From positions 146,566 through 210,565 of the forward strand of contig JBFWVF010000001.1 of the NCBI GenBank assembly GCA_050246875.1: 64,000 nucleotides of DNA, read 5' to 3'. Source of the DNA: Alphaproteobacteria bacterium. Lineage in GTDB: Bacteria; Pseudomonadota; Alphaproteobacteria; UBA6615. Position numbers and translations under genes: made by a program. Shown here in pieces: positions 39,367-53,478 of the stretch; the first letter of the stretch is position 1; every line of letters begins with the position of its first letter. The notes beneath the pieces are model-generated. The model was not told where the DNA came from. It was given only the letters and a program-made list of their open reading frames with translations, and did no database searches.

Positions 39367-40227
39367 ATGGCCATCGTCTACGACAAGCTGATGGCGCTGG
39401 AGATTCCGGATGTCGTGCACACCTACACGGTGCGCGACACCATCCTCTATGCGCTGGGCCTGGGCTTCGGCGCCGACCCGCTCGACCCGCACGAGCTGCG
39501 CTTCGTCTATGAGGACGGGCTCGTCGCCTGCCCGACCCTGGCGACCGTGCTCGCCCGGCCCGTCTTCTGGATGCGCGAACTCGATACCGGCCTCGACTAC
39601 GCCGGCATCGTCCATGGCGAGCAGGCGGTGACGATCCATCGGCCGTTGCCCGTCGCCGGCACGGTGCGCGGCCGCACCGTCATTCGCGAGATCATCGACA
39701 AGGGGCCGGGCAAGGGCGCCTTCATCGTCAACTCCCGCGAGGTGACGGACGAGGCGACGGGCGCAAGGCTGGCGACCCTCGACCAGGTCTACGTCGCGCG
39801 CAACGACGGCGGCTTCGGCGGCCCTAACCCGCCCGCGCCCCGTCCGGCGCCGCCGCCGGAGCGCGCGCCCGATGCCGTGGTCGAGATCGCGACGCTGCCG
39901 CAGGCGGCGCTGATCTATCGCCTCTCCGGCGACATGAACCCGCTGCACGCCGACCCGCGCGCCGCCGCCGCGGCCGGCTTTCCGCGGCCGATCCTGCACG
40001 GTCTCGGCACCTTCGGGGTGGCGGCACGGGCGGTCATCCGCGCCCTGTGCCCCGAGCGGCCCGACCGCCTCGTCGCCGTCTCGGCCCGCTTCTCGGCGCC
40101 GGTCTTTCCCGGCGAGACGATGGCCACCGACATCTGGCGCGACGGCGAGACGGTGCGGTTCCAGTCACGCGTCGCCGCCCGCGACACCGTCGTGCTGCGT
40201 AACGGCGCCGCGCGGCTGCACGGCTGA
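39367..40227 (+). CDS. MaoC-like (R)-specific enoyl-CoA hydratase, double hotdog
   Basis: 286 aa from MAIVYDKL; N-terminal hotdog plus C-terminal MaoC dehydratase segment SGDMNPLHADP. Confidence 0.8.
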   Translation: MAIVYDKLMALEIPDVVHTYTVRDTILYALGLGFGADPLDPHELRFVYEDGLVACPTLATVLARPVFWMRELDTGLDYAGIVHGEQAVTIHRPLPVAGTVRGRTVIREIIDKGPGKGAFIVNSREVTDEATGARLATLDQVYVARNDGGFGGPNPPAPRPAPPPERAPDAVVEIATLPQAALIYRLSGDMNPLHADPRAAAAAGFPRPILHGLGTFGVAARAVIRALCPERPDRLVAVSARFSAPVFPGETMATDIWRDGETVRFQSRVAARDTVVLRNGAARLHG

Positions 40228-40236
40228 CGACCGCCG

Positions 40237-40983
40237 CTACAGCGCCCGGTATTCGGGCTCGTCGCGGTCGAGCAGGCGGCGCAGCGCGGCGAGATGCGCC
40301 ACCGCCTGCGCCGGGTCGTCGGCCATCTGGCGCGCCGTCGCCTGCGCCACCTGCGTCGGCACCTCGGCCAGTTCGCGCCCGGTCTGCATCGCCAGCACCT
40401 GGTTCTGCGCCGCGCGCTCCAGATAGTAGAGGTCGTCGAAGGCCAGCGCGACCGACGGGCCGGCGACCATGACGCCGTGGTTGCCCATCATCAGCACGTC
40501 GGCTTCGCCCAGCGCCGCGGCGATGCGGTCGCCCTCGGTGCCGTCGAGCGCAAGGCCGTTGTAGTCGGCGTCGCAGGCGACGCGGCCGAAGAAACGCAGC
40601 GAGTTCTGGTTGACCATCCGCAGGCGCGGGTCGGCGAGGCTGGTCAGCGCCGTCGCCCACGGCATGTGGGTGTGCAGCACGCAGCGGGCGCGCGGGTGGC
40701 GCACATGCACCCGCCAGTGGATGAACAGCGCCGTCGGCTCGACCGTCCCTTCGCCCGCGACCACGCGGCCGTCGCCGTCGACCACCAGCAGGCTGCCGGC
40801 CGTCATCTCAGCCCAGTGCAGGCCCTGCGGGTTGACGAGGAAGCGGTCGTCGCGGCCGGGCACGACGAGGCTGAAATGATTGCAGATGCCCTCCGACAGG
40901 CCCAGCCGCGCCGCCCAGCGCAGGGCGGCGGCCAGGTCGCGGCGGGCCTCGATGACGGCGTCGTCCTCGTGCGTGCGCAGCAT
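40237..40983 (-). CDS. Class II aldolase/adducin-family protein
   Basis: 248 aa; HTHMPWATAL and GNHGVMVAG motifs. Confidence 0.8.
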   Translation of the reverse strand: MLRTHEDDAVIEARRDLAAALRWAARLGLSEGICNHFSLVVPGRDDRFLVNPQGLHWAEMTAGSLLVVDGDGRVVAGEGTVEPTALFIHWRVHVRHPRARCVLHTHMPWATALTSLADPRLRMVNQNSLRFFGRVACDADYNGLALDGTEGDRIAAALGEADVLMMGNHGVMVAGPSVALAFDDLYYLERAAQNQVLAMQTGRELAEVPTQVAQATARQMADDPAQAVAHLAALRRLLDRDEPEYRAL

Positions 40984-41085
40984 GGCCGGCAGCCTACCGC
41001 CGCGCCCGTCGCTTGTCGCCCCCGGACCCCGCGCCTATGGTGCCGCCGTCCGCCGCCAAGGCGCCCGAGTCCGGACCCGAGGAAG

Positions 41086-42399
<1,314 letters not shown>

Positions 42400-42412
42400 C
42401 GCGTGGCCCGCG

Positions 42413-42751
42413 ATGACTGAAGGCCGCCTGCCGACGCATCTGTGGGTCGCCGCGGGGGTGGCACGCTGCTCGCAACAGGGCGTGCCGGCGACGGTCGTGC
42501 GCCGCGGCGAGCGCCAGTCCGGCGCCGTGCTGCTCAAGCTGGCGATGCAGGACAGGCTGTTCCGCGTGCTGGCGCAGGCGCGCGACATCCGCGGCAAGCT
42601 CGGCTGGATGGGCGCCCTCGACGGCGCCACGGTGCCCGAGGCGGAGGCCGATGCCTACATCGAGCGGGCGGTGCGGCGCGATCCCGACCTGTGGGTGGTC
42701 GAGATCGAGCACCGCGAGGGCTGGCACCCCTTCGTCGACGGCACCTACTGA
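42413..42751 (+). CDS. DUF1491-family protein
   Basis: 112 aa; matches the conserved alphaproteobacterial DUF1491 pattern (LPTHLWV...VVRRGERQSGAVLLKL). Confidence 0.6.
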   Translation: MTEGRLPTHLWVAAGVARCSQQGVPATVVRRGERQSGAVLLKLAMQDRLFRVLAQARDIRGKLGWMGALDGATVPEAEADAYIERAVRRDPDLWVVEIEHREGWHPFVDGTY

Positions 42752-42757
42752 GGCCGG

Positions 42758-43087
42758 CTAGCGCGCCGCCTCGGCCTGGATCTGCTGCATGGCGGTGTCC
42801 ATCAGCTCGTCCATGCGCTTGCGCAGCAGATGCTCGGACGTCTCCTTGCCCTTGGCCTTGAGATCGCCCAGCACCTTGCGCACGACATCGGCGTCGCCCG
42901 GCTCGTCGAAGTCGGCCTTCACCACCTCGCGCGCATAGGCCTCGGCGTCGGCACCGCCGAGCCCCATCTCGCCCGCGGCCCACAGGCCGAGCAGCTTGTT
43001 GCGCCGCGCGGTGACCTTGAAGCGCAGCTCCTGGTCCTGCCGGAACTTGGCCTCGAAGCCCTTCTCGCGATCGTTGAAGCCAGCCAT
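42758..43087 (-). CDS. DUF1476 protein (ATPase inhibitor subunit zeta-like)
   Basis: 109 aa from MAGFNDREKGFEAKFRQDQELRFKVTARRNKLLGLWAA; C-terminal part of track ORF 42758..43432. Confidence 0.6.
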   Translation of the reverse strand: MAGFNDREKGFEAKFRQDQELRFKVTARRNKLLGLWAAGEMGLGGADAEAYAREVVKADFDEPGDADVVRKVLGDLKAKGKETSEHLLRKRMDELMDTAMQQIQAEAAR

Positions 43088-43193
43088 TGCACTCGATCTC
43101 CCGGGCGGCGGTGGGCGTTGGGTTGCGCCGAAGATATAGTGCCGGCCCGCCACGGGCGGTAGGGAAAATCCGCCCCCATATCGAGTACCCCGC

Positions 43194-43946
43194 ATGTGCA
43201 CACTGGTCCTGCTGCGCCGCCCGGCCGACACGTGGCCGCTGATCGTCGCCGCCAACCGCGACGAGATGGCCGGCCGGCCCTGGCGCGCCCCGGCCCGGCA
43301 CTGGCCCGACCGGCCGGAGACGGTGGCCGGCCTCGACGAGCTGGCCGGCGGAAGCTGGCTCGGGATGAACGACCACGGCGTCGTCGCGGCGGTCCTCAAC
43401 CGCACCGGCTCGCTGGGCCCGGCCGAGGGCAAGCGTTCGCGCGGCGAACTGGTGCTCGACGCCCTCGATCACGCCGACGCGGTCGATGCCGCGACCGCCT
43501 TCATGGACCTCGACGCCGCCGCCTGGCGGTCGTTCAACCTCGTCATCGCCGACTCGCGCGACGCCTTCTGGGCGCGCGGCCTGGGCGCCGGCCTGACGAA
43601 GGTGACGCCGGTGCCCGAGGGCGTCTCGATGCTGGCCTCGGCCGACCTCAACGACACCGGCCACCGCCGCATCGGCCGCTATCTGCCGCGCTTCCAGGGC
43701 CTGCCCGCGCCCGACCCGGAAGCGGGAAACTGGACAGGCTGGATCGCCGCGCTGTCGGCCCGCGAGCATGACCCCGACGAGCCCGACTCGCGCAACGCCA
43801 TGACGGTGGCGACCGACTGGGGCTACGGCACCGTCTCGTCGTCGCTGATCGCCGTGCCCCAGCCCGATGGCGGCGATCGCTCGCCCGTCTGGCTGTTCGC
43901 CGCGGGACGGCCGGACGAAACAGGATATACACAGATAAAACTGTGA
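43194..43946 (+). CDS. NRDE-family protein (DUF833, Tango2-like)
   Basis: 250 aa; [24 protein letters not shown] signature N-terminus. Confidence 0.7.
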   Translation: MCTLVLLRRPADTWPLIVAANRDEMAGRPWRAPARHWPDRPETVAGLDELAGGSWLGMNDHGVVAAVLNRTGSLGPAEGKRSRGELVLDALDHADAVDAATAFMDLDAAAWRSFNLVIADSRDAFWARGLGAGLTKVTPVPEGVSMLASADLNDTGHRRIGRYLPRFQGLPAPDPEAGNWTGWIAALSAREHDPDEPDSRNAMTVATDWGYGTVSSSLIAVPQPDGGDRSPVWLFAAGRPDETGYTQIKL

Positions 43947-44074
43947 AACAGGTCCCGGCCGGTCGCATTGTCCGGGCCCCGGCGAGTTGTTATATCTGCC
44001 CGCGCCGGCCCGCGTCGTTCGCGCGTTCCGGCGGGGCAGGCGGCCTCGCCGTCCCGGCCGTAGCGGGCAGGGCC

Positions 44075-44842
44075 ATGACCCGACGCAGAAAAATCTACGA
44101 GGGCAAGGCCAAGGTCCTGTTCGAAGGCCCCGAGCCCGGCACCCTCGTCCAGTATTTCAAGGATGATGCCACCGCCTTCAACAACCAGAAGCGCGGCGTC
44201 ATCACCGGCAAGGGGGTGCTCAACAATCGCATCTCCGAATACCTGATGCTGAAGCTCGCCGAGGCCGGCATCCCGACGCATTTCGTGCGCCGGCTGAACA
44301 TGCGCGAGCAGCTCGTCAAGGAAGTGGAGATCGTCCCCATCGAGGTGGTGGTCCGCAACATTGCCGCCGGCTCGATCTCGCAGCGCTTCAACATCGCCGA
44401 GGGCACGCCGCTGCCGCGCTCGATCGTCGAGTTCTATTACAAGTCCGACGAACTGGGCGACCCGATGGTCTCCGAGGAGCACATCACGGCGTTTGGCTGG
44501 GCCGCCCCCGGCGAGATCGACGACATCCTGTCGCTGGCGCTGCGCATCAACGACTTCCTCTCCGGCCTGTTCCTCGGCGTCGGCCTCAAGCTGGTCGACT
44601 TCAAGCTGGAGTTCGGCCGCCTCTACGACGACAACGACCAGGTCCGCATCGTGCTGGCCGACGAGATCACGCCCGACGGCTGCCGGCTGTGGGACGTGAA
44701 GACCAACGAGAAGCTCGACAAGGACCGCTTCCGCCGCGATCTCGGCGGCGTCGCCGAGGCCTATCAGGAAGTGGCGCGGCGGCTCGGCATCATGCCCGAG
44801 GCCGGCCCGCGCGACATGAAGGGGCCGGCGACGGTCCAGTGA
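44075..44842 (+). CDS. purC: Phosphoribosylaminoimidazole-succinocarboxamide synthase
   Basis: 255 aa from [22 protein letters not shown]; internal start of track ORF 43943..44842. Confidence 0.9.
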   Translation: MTRRRKIYEGKAKVLFEGPEPGTLVQYFKDDATAFNNQKRGVITGKGVLNNRISEYLMLKLAEAGIPTHFVRRLNMREQLVKEVEIVPIEVVVRNIAAGSISQRFNIAEGTPLPRSIVEFYYKSDELGDPMVSEEHITAFGWAAPGEIDDILSLALRINDFLSGLFLGVGLKLVDFKLEFGRLYDDNDQVRIVLADEITPDGCRLWDVKTNEKLDKDRFRRDLGGVAEAYQEVARRLGIMPEAGPRDMKGPATVQ

Positions 44843-44873
44843 TCCCCCCGTCTTTCCCGCCGCGAAGGTTCCC

Positions 44874-45140
44874 GTGAAGGCGCGTGTCCATATCACCCTC
44901 AAGAACGGCGTGCTCGATCCGCAGGGCCGCGCCATCGCCCATGCGCTGGCCGGCCTCGGCTTCGACGGCGTCGAGGACGTCCGCCAGGGCAAGGTGCTGG
45001 AACTCACCGTCGCCGACACCGATCCGGTAAGCGCGCGCGAACGTGTCGAGGACATGTGCCGCCGCCTGCTGGCCAACCCGGTGATCGAGACCTGGACGAT
45101 CGAGGTCGACGGCTCGGGCGGCGACCGCAAGGCCGGCTGA
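44874..45140 (+). CDS. purS: Phosphoribosylformylglycinamidine synthase subunit PurS
   Basis: 88 aa; GTG start; KARVHITLKNGVLDPQGRAI typical PurS. Confidence 0.8.
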   Translation: MKARVHITLKNGVLDPQGRAIAHALAGLGFDGVEDVRQGKVLELTVADTDPVSARERVEDMCRRLLANPVIETWTIEVDGSGGDRKAG

Positions 45141-45230
45141 GGCGACCGGCCAAATTCCACCGGCCCGCCCCGCTTTGCGACTCGCGACGGGCCGGGCTAC
45201 CTGAACATTAGGCCCCCCTCGCGGACACCC

Positions 45231-45925
45231 ATGACCGCCGACGCCGCCGTCATCGTCTTTCCCGGATCGAACTGCGACCGCGACGTCGCGGTGTCGCTGG
45301 AGGTCGCCACCGGCCGGAAGCCGCTGATGGTCTGGCACGGTGATGGCACACTGCCGAAGGCTGGCCTGATCGTCCTGCCCGGCGGCTTCTCCTACGGCGA
45401 CTACCTGCGCGGCGGCGCCATCGCCTCGACCAGCCCGATCATCCGCGAGGTCAAGGCGCGGGCGGCGCAGGGCGTGCCGGTGCTGGGCATCTGCAACGGC
45501 TTCCAGATCCTCACCGAATGCGGCCTGCTGCCCGGCGTGCTGATGCGCAACGCGGGCCTGCGTTTCATTTGCCGCGACGTGCATCTGCGCGTCGAGCGCG
45601 CCGACACGCTGTTCACCGGCGGCTGGCGGCAGGGCCAGGTGGTGCGCCTGCCGATCGCCCACAACGAGGGCAACTACTTCGTCGACGACGAGACGCTGGC
45701 GCGCCTCGAGGGCGAGCGCCGCGTCGCGCTGCGCTACGCCGCGCCGGACGGATCGGTGGGCCCGGGCGCCAATCCCAACGGCGCCCGCGCCAACATCGCC
45801 GGCGTCGTCAACGAGACCGGCACGGTGCTCGGGCTGATGCCGCATCCCGAGCGTCTCGCCGACCCGCAGCTCGGCGGCGAGGACGGCACGCCGATGTTCG
45901 CCGCCCTCGCCCGGATGCTCGCCGC

Positions 45926-45929
<4 letters not shown>
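45231..45929 (+). CDS. purQ: Phosphoribosylformylglycinamidine synthase subunit PurQ (glutaminase)
   Basis: 232 aa; GGFSYGDYL, catalytic [12 protein letters not shown]. Confidence 0.9.
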
Positions 45930-48130
<2,201 letters not shown>

Positions 48131-48173
48131 GGGCTCCGCCGGTCCGGCCGCCAACGGGGGAGACGGGCCGAGC

Positions 48174-48413
48174 ATGCCGATGGCGGCGAGCGAGATCGAG
48201 CGGCTGATCCGGGCCGCCCTGCCCGACGCGCAGGTGCGTATCGACGACCTGCGCGGCGACGGCGACCACTATCTCGCCCACGTCACCTCGAAGGCCTTCG
48301 CCGGCAAGTCGCGCGTGCAGCAGCACCAGATGGTCTACGAGGCATTGCGCGGGCGCATGGGCAACGAGCTGCATGCGCTGGCGCTGCAAACGGGCGTGCC
48401 GGACGGCGCCTGA
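48174..48413 (+). CDS. BolA-family protein
   Basis: 79 aa; [30 protein letters not shown]. Confidence 0.75.
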   Translation: MPMAASEIERLIRAALPDAQVRIDDLRGDGDHYLAHVTSKAFAGKSRVQQHQMVYEALRGRMGNELHALALQTGVPDGA

Positions 48414-48445
48414 GGCACCGGCCCCGGCCAGGAAGGAAGACGGTC

Positions 48446-48790
48446 ATGAGCGACACCCCGGCCATTACCCGCATCCGCGACGCCATCCGGCAGAACGACG
48501 TGATGCTGTTCATGAAGGGCAACAAGTCGTTCCCGCAGTGCGGCTTCTCCGCGGCGGTGGTGCAGATCCTCAACCACCTCGGCGTCGACTACGCGACGCA
48601 CGACGTGCTGACGGATCCCGAGGTGCGCCAGGGCATCAAGGAATTCTCCAACTGGCCGACGATCCCCCAGCTCTACGTCAAGGGCGAGTTCGTCGGCGGC
48701 TGCGACATCGTGCGCGAGATGTTCGAGACCGGCGAGCTGGACGAGACCTTCGACCGCGCCGGCATCGCCCGCGAGTCCGCGCAGGCCTGA
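48446..48790 (+). CDS. Monothiol glutaredoxin (Grx4 family)
   Basis: 114 aa; CGFS active site, [19 protein letters not shown]. Confidence 0.9.
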   Translation: MSDTPAITRIRDAIRQNDVMLFMKGNKSFPQCGFSAAVVQILNHLGVDYATHDVLTDPEVRQGIKEFSNWPTIPQLYVKGEFVGGCDIVREMFETGELDETFDRAGIARESAQA

Positions 48791-48895
48791 GCGTCCGCGC
48801 AAAGCTGTTCCCACGGCCGCCGCTTGCGCGGCGCGACGCCGCGGACCAATATCGTCGCTAGTGATCGACCGACGGCTTCCGGGAGGATTCGTCCA

Positions 48896-49567
48896 ATGGC
48901 GATGGTCATGCTCCACCACGTCAACATCCGCACCGCGCAACTCGACGAAATGTCGGAGTTCTACGAGAAGGTCCTCGGCCTGCGCCGCGGCAAGCGCCCC
49001 AACTTCATGTTCGGCGGCGCCTGGCACTACTGCGGCAAGGAAGCCGTCGTGCACCTTGTCGAGTCGGTTGCCCAGCCGAAGACGAAGGAATCGCAGATCG
49101 AGCACTTCGCCTTCCGCACCAACGGTCCGATGGCGGCCTTCCAGAAGCGCCTGCGCCGCTACGACGCGCCCTACGAGGTCGTCTCGATCGAGGACCTCAA
49201 CATGCGCCAGATCAACGTCTTCGACCCGGACGGCAACAAGATCGAGGTGCAGTTCGCCGGCGCGCCAGACGACGACCTGTCGCCGTTCATGGGTTCGCGC
49301 GATGCCCAGAAGCGCTTCAAGCTCGGCATGAAGTTCAACGAGACGAAGCCGATGCGGACCTCGGCGTCGAAGTCGAAGGTCTCGAAGTCGAACGCCAAGC
49401 TCGGCACGCCGGCGCCGATGAAGGCGCCGAAGCCGCGCAAGTCCGCCCGTCGCAAGCCGGCCCGCGTCGCCGCCGCGTCGGTCGCGCGCAAGGCCATGCC
49501 GGCGCGCCGCGCCCGCGCAGCGGCGAGCAGCGCCAAGGGCCGCAGCCCGGCCTCGCGCAAGGACTGA
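48896..49567 (+). CDS. VOC-family protein fused to a C-terminal Lys/Ala/Pro/Arg-rich basic tail
   Basis: Start at [29 protein letters not shown]; VOC fold for about 135 aa, then an about 85-aa low-complexity histone-H1/AlgP-like tail ([37 protein letters not shown]...). Confidence 0.65.
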   Translation: MAMVMLHHVNIRTAQLDEMSEFYEKVLGLRRGKRPNFMFGGAWHYCGKEAVVHLVESVAQPKTKESQIEHFAFRTNGPMAAFQKRLRRYDAPYEVVSIEDLNMRQINVFDPDGNKIEVQFAGAPDDDLSPFMGSRDAQKRFKLGMKFNETKPMRTSASKSKVSKSNAKLGTPAPMKAPKPRKSARRKPARVAAASVARKAMPARRARAAASSAKGRSPASRKD

Positions 49568-49606
49568 GCGGCCGGCCGCACCCGCGGCTCCGTGCCTCGA
49601 ACGACG

Positions 49607-49640
49607 AAGGGCCGCCCGGTGGGCGGCCCTTCTGCATTCG
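49607..49640. terminator. Bidirectional intrinsic terminator hairpin between the convergent VOC gene and rpsD
   Basis: AAGGGCCGCCC-ggt-GGGCGGCCCTT perfect 11-bp GC stem followed by TCTGCATTC on the plus strand and TTCGTCGTTCG on the minus strand. Confidence 0.4.
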
Positions 49641-49658
49641 GGGAGGCCCGAACGGCGG

Positions 49659-50273
49659 TCAGCGCGAGTAGAACTCGACGACCAGGTTCGGTTCCATCTG
49701 CACCGGGTACGGCACGTCGGCCAGCTTCGGCCCGCGCACGAAGGTGCCGGCGCACTTGTTGTGGTCGACCTCGATGTAGCCCGGCACGTCTCGCTCGGTC
49801 GAGGCGACGGCCTCCATCACCAGCGGCAGCTCGCGCACCTTCTCGACCAGCTCGATCTTGTCGCCGTCCTTCACCTGGAAGGAGGGGATGTTGACGCGCT
49901 TGCCGTTCACCCGCACATGGCCGTGGTTGACGATCTGGCGCGCGGCGAACACCGTCGGCACGAACTTCATGCGGTAGACGACGGCGTCGAGACGGCGCTC
50001 GAGCAGCTCGATGAGGTTCTCGCCGTTGTCGCCGCGGCGGCGCACCGCCTCCTCGTAGTAGTGGCGGAACTGGCGCTCGCCGATCGAGCCGTAGTAGCCC
50101 TTGAGCTTCTGCTTGGCCATCAGCTGCACGCCGTAGTCCGAGGGCTTGCGGCGGCGCTTGCCGTGGATGCCCGGCGGGTTTTCGCGCCGGTTGACCGGGC
50201 TCTTGGGGCGGCCCCAGAGATTGAGGCCGAGACGCCGGTCGATCTTGTGCTTTGCGGATATCCGCTTGCTCAT
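49659..50273 (-). CDS. rpsD: 30S ribosomal protein S4
   Basis: 205 aa from [26 protein letters not shown]; internal start of track ORF 49659..50339. Confidence 0.9.
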   Translation of the reverse strand: MSKRISAKHKIDRRLGLNLWGRPKSPVNRRENPPGIHGKRRRKPSDYGVQLMAKQKLKGYYGSIGERQFRHYYEEAVRRRGDNGENLIELLERRLDAVVYRMKFVPTVFAARQIVNHGHVRVNGKRVNIPSFQVKDGDKIELVEKVRELPLVMEAVASTERDVPGYIEVDHNKCAGTFVRGPKLADVPYPVQMEPNLVVEFYSR

Positions 50274-50480
50274 GGTTGCTTTCCGATCGTTGTTGTTGTC
50301 CTGGTAGTTCCGCCCCGCGAGGGACGGACGGGATGGCACCTGTTGCGGCGCCTCCGCATTCCCGGGAATGGCGGCGCACTATAGGGATCGGCCCGGCGAT
50401 GTCAAACCTGCAGAAACCGGCCGAATCGCCGTCGCCGGCCTAGTCTGCCCTCCCCGCCGCCAGCCCCCGTCTCCCGCCCC

Positions 50481-51353
50481 ATGCCAAGACCCATGAGCGA
50501 GCGCGCCACCGGCCTCGCCGTCGTCACCGCCGGCGTGGTCGTCCTCAGCCCGGACGGCCTGCTGACCGCCCTCGTCGCCGCCGACCCGGCGACCATCCTG
50601 TTCTGGCGCGGCCTGCTGCTCGGCGCCACCCTGCTCGCCTGGACCCTGCTGCGCCACCGCGCCGGGGCATGGGCGGCCTTCGCCGGCCTCGGCTGGACCG
50701 GCCCGCTGATTTCGCTGCTGTTCGCCGCCTCGACCGCCGCCTTCGTCTACTCGATCCTGCTCGCCGGCGTGGCGACCGCGCTGTTCGTCGTCGCCGCCGC
50801 GCCACTGTTTGCCGCCCTCCTCGGCCGGGTGGCGCTGGGCGAACGGGTGCCGCGGCGCACCTTCGCGGCCATCGCCGCAACGCTGGCCGGCATGGCCGTC
50901 ATCTTCCATGACGGCTTCGGCCGCGGCAGTGTCGCCGGCATCGCCATCGCCGTCGCCGCGGCGCTGTGCTGGGCGGCCATGCTCGTGGCGCTGCGCCACG
51001 GCCGCGTCGCCGACCCGGCGCCGGCGCTCGGCCTCGGCGGCCTGCTGATCGCGCTGGTGATGGCCTTCACCGCCCCGACGCTGGCCGTGGCCGGCGACGA
51101 CATCGTCTGGCTCGGCCTGCTCGGCCTCGTCGTGCTGCCGCTGTCGCACGCCCTCATCGCCATGGGGCCGCGCTGGCTGCCGGCCGCCGAGGTCGGGCTG
51201 CTGATGCTGCTGGAGGCGGTGCTGGGGCCGCTCTGGGCGTGGATCGGCATCGGCCAGGCGCCGAGCGGCCAGACGCTGTTCGGCGGCGCCATCATCCTCG
51301 CCGCGCTGACCGTCAACGCGGCCGTCGGCATGGCGGCGGAACGGCGCGGCTAG
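50481..51353 (+). CDS. DMT-superfamily (EamA-like) transporter
   Basis: 290 aa, 10 predicted TM helices, duplicated EamA halves. Confidence 0.75.
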   Translation: MPRPMSERATGLAVVTAGVVVLSPDGLLTALVAADPATILFWRGLLLGATLLAWTLLRHRAGAWAAFAGLGWTGPLISLLFAASTAAFVYSILLAGVATALFVVAAAPLFAALLGRVALGERVPRRTFAAIAATLAGMAVIFHDGFGRGSVAGIAIAVAAALCWAAMLVALRHGRVADPAPALGLGGLLIALVMAFTAPTLAVAGDDIVWLGLLGLVVLPLSHALIAMGPRWLPAAEVGLLMLLEAVLGPLWAWIGIGQAPSGQTLFGGAIILAALTVNAAVGMAAERRG

Positions 51354-52102
51354 CCGCGGCTGCGCCGCCGGCTCTGCCGGCCCAGCGCCAGCGCCGCGAC
51401 GACGCCGTGCAGCGAGCGCACTTCCTGCTCGGTGGGCCGGGCCCGGCGCAGCAGGGCGCGGAGGTTCTGCACGATGGTCGGGCGCATGTGATCGGCGCGG
51501 AAATAACTCGCCGCGTCGAGTTCGCCGACGAGGTGGCCCAGCATCGCCTCGACCTCGTCCTGTGTCGCCGGCGGCTGGCTGCCGACCTCGAGGCTCTCGG
51601 CCGGCGTGTCGTCGCCGGCGAGGTACCACTCGTAGCCGACCAGCAGCACCGCCTGGGCGAGGTTGAGCGAGGTGTAGGCCGGGTTCAGCGGCACGGTGAT
51701 GATGGCCTGGGCGTGCGTCACGTCGTCGTTGGTCAGGCCGGACCGCTCGCGCCCGAACAGCACGCCGCAGCGTTCGCCGCGCGCCGCCGCCGCCCGCATC
51801 TCGGCCGCCGCCGCGCGCGGCGTCAGCACGCGCGCGGCCAGCTCGCGCGGCCGGGCGGTGGTGGCGTAGACGCGGTGCAGGTCGCCCACCGCGCCGGCCA
51901 CATCGTCGGCCAGGCGCGCGGCATCGACCACGGCCGTGGCGCTGGCGGCCATCGTCCGCGCCCGCGAATTGGGCCATTCCTCGCGCGGCTGCACGAGCGT
52001 CAGTTCGGACAGGCCGCAATTGGCCATCGCCCGCGCGGCGGCGCCGATGTTCTCGGCGAGCTGCGGTTCGACCAGGACGATGCGTGGCGGCGTGACGTCT
52101 GT
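51350..52102 (-). CDS. SpoU/TrmH-family RNA 2'-O-methyltransferase (TrmJ-like); start codon unclear
   Basis: C-terminal about 250 aa of track ORF 51350..53350: PPRIVLVEPQLAENIGAAARAMANCGL...TSLNLAQAV SPOUT motifs; no in-frame ATG/GTG/TTG between the dctM stop (52108) and the conserved N-terminus; 4-nt convergent overlap with the EamA gene. Confidence 0.55.
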   Translation of the reverse strand, partial: TDVTPPRIVLVEPQLAENIGAAARAMANCGLSELTLVQPREEWPNSRARTMAASATAVVDAARLADDVAGAVGDLHRVYATTARPRELAARVLTPRAAAAEMRAAAARGERCGVLFGRERSGLTNDDVTHAQAIITVPLNPAYTSLNLAQAVLLVGYEWYLAGDDTPAESLEVGSQPPATQDEVEAMLGHLVGELDAASYFRADHMRPTIVQNLRALLRRARPTEQEVRSLHGVVAALALGRQSRRRSRG

Positions 52103-52107
52103 GGCGG

Positions 52108-53478
52108 TCAGTCGAGCACCTGTGCCGGCAGCCAGAGGGCGATCTCCGGCCAGATCATGACGGCGGCGAGTCCGACAAGCTGCAACATCACGAAGGGAAT
52201 GATGCCCCGGTAGATGTCCTGCAGGCGCACCTCCGGCGGCGCCACGCCCTTCATGTAGAACAGCGCGAAGCCGAAGGGCGGCGTCAGGAACGAGGTCTGC
52301 AGGTTCACCGCGACGAGGATGGCGAACCAGTAGACGACGTCCTGCTTGGCCACGTGATCGCCGAAGTCGAGCAGGGCGATGATCGGCGCGAAGATCGGCA
52401 GCACGATCAGCGTGATCTCGATCCAGTCGAAGAAGAAGCCGAGGAAGAAGACGATCCCCATCAGCACGAGCAGCAGGCCCCACGAGCCGAAGCCGAGGGA
52501 CTCGACGATGTCGGTGACGATGCCGTCGCCGCCGAGTGCGCGGAAGATGTAGGAAAACGCCGTCGCGCCGACGAAGATGCCGAACAGCATCGCCCCGGTC
52601 AGGGCCGAGCGCTCGACGACGTCGCGCAGTTCCTTCCAGTTGAGCCGGCCCTTGAGGCCGGCGAGGACCAGCGCCCCGAAGCCGCCGACGCCGGCCGCCT
52701 CGGTCGGCGTCGCCCAGCCGCCGAGGATCGAGCCGAGCACGAGGAAGATCAGCAGGACCGGTGGCACGAAGCTCTTGATCACCATCGCGACCAGGTCGAT
52801 GGCGTTCTGCGGCCCGACATCGGCGTCGAGCTTCGGCGCCAGCCGCTTGTCGATCGAGCACACGACGAGGATGTAGACGCCGTAGAGCCCCGCCAGCAGC
52901 AAGCCGGGAAACAGCGCCGCGACGAACAGGTTGCCGACCGAGCGGGCCAGCAGGTCGGCCATGATCACGAGCATGATCGACGGCGGTATGAGGATGCCGA
53001 GCGTGCCGGAGGCGGCGATGGTGCCGGTGGCAAGCGCCGAATCGTAGCGGCGCTCGAGCATCACCGGCAGCGCCAGCAGCGTCATCATCACTACGGAGGC
53101 GCCGATGATGCCGGTCGTCGCGGCGAGGATCGTGCCCATCGCCGTCACCGAGAGGGCGAGCGCGCCCGGCACGCGTCGCAGCAGCACCTGCAGGCAGTGC
53201 AGCAGGTCGTGCGCGACGCCGCTGCGCTCCAGCATCGTGCCCATGAAGATGAACATGGGAATCGCCGTGAGCACCGGGTTCTCGGCGATCGTGCCCCAGA
53301 TGCGGACGATGATCGAAAAGAACTGCACGAAATCGAAGACGTCGAACCACATGCCGACGAAGCCGAAGCCGAGTGCGATGCCGCCGAGCACGAACGCCAC
53401 CGGGTAGCCGCAGAACAGCAGCAGCGCCAGCACGCCGAACATGAACAGCGGCAGATAGTCCTCGATGTAGAAGCCCAT
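52108..53478 (-). CDS. dctM: TRAP transporter large permease
   Basis: 456 aa from MGFYIEDYLPLFMFGVLALLLF; C-terminal part of track ORF 52108..53949. Confidence 0.85.
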   Translation of the reverse strand: MGFYIEDYLPLFMFGVLALLLFCGYPVAFVLGGIALGFGFVGMWFDVFDFVQFFSIIVRIWGTIAENPVLTAIPMFIFMGTMLERSGVAHDLLHCLQVLLRRVPGALALSVTAMGTILAATTGIIGASVVMMTLLALPVMLERRYDSALATGTIAASGTLGILIPPSIMLVIMADLLARSVGNLFVAALFPGLLLAGLYGVYILVVCSIDKRLAPKLDADVGPQNAIDLVAMVIKSFVPPVLLIFLVLGSILGGWATPTEAAGVGGFGALVLAGLKGRLNWKELRDVVERSALTGAMLFGIFVGATAFSYIFRALGGDGIVTDIVESLGFGSWGLLLVLMGIVFFLGFFFDWIEITLIVLPIFAPIIALLDFGDHVAKQDVVYWFAILVAVNLQTSFLTPPFGFALFYMKGVAPPEVRLQDIYRGIIPFVMLQLVGLAAVMIWPEIALWLPAQVLD

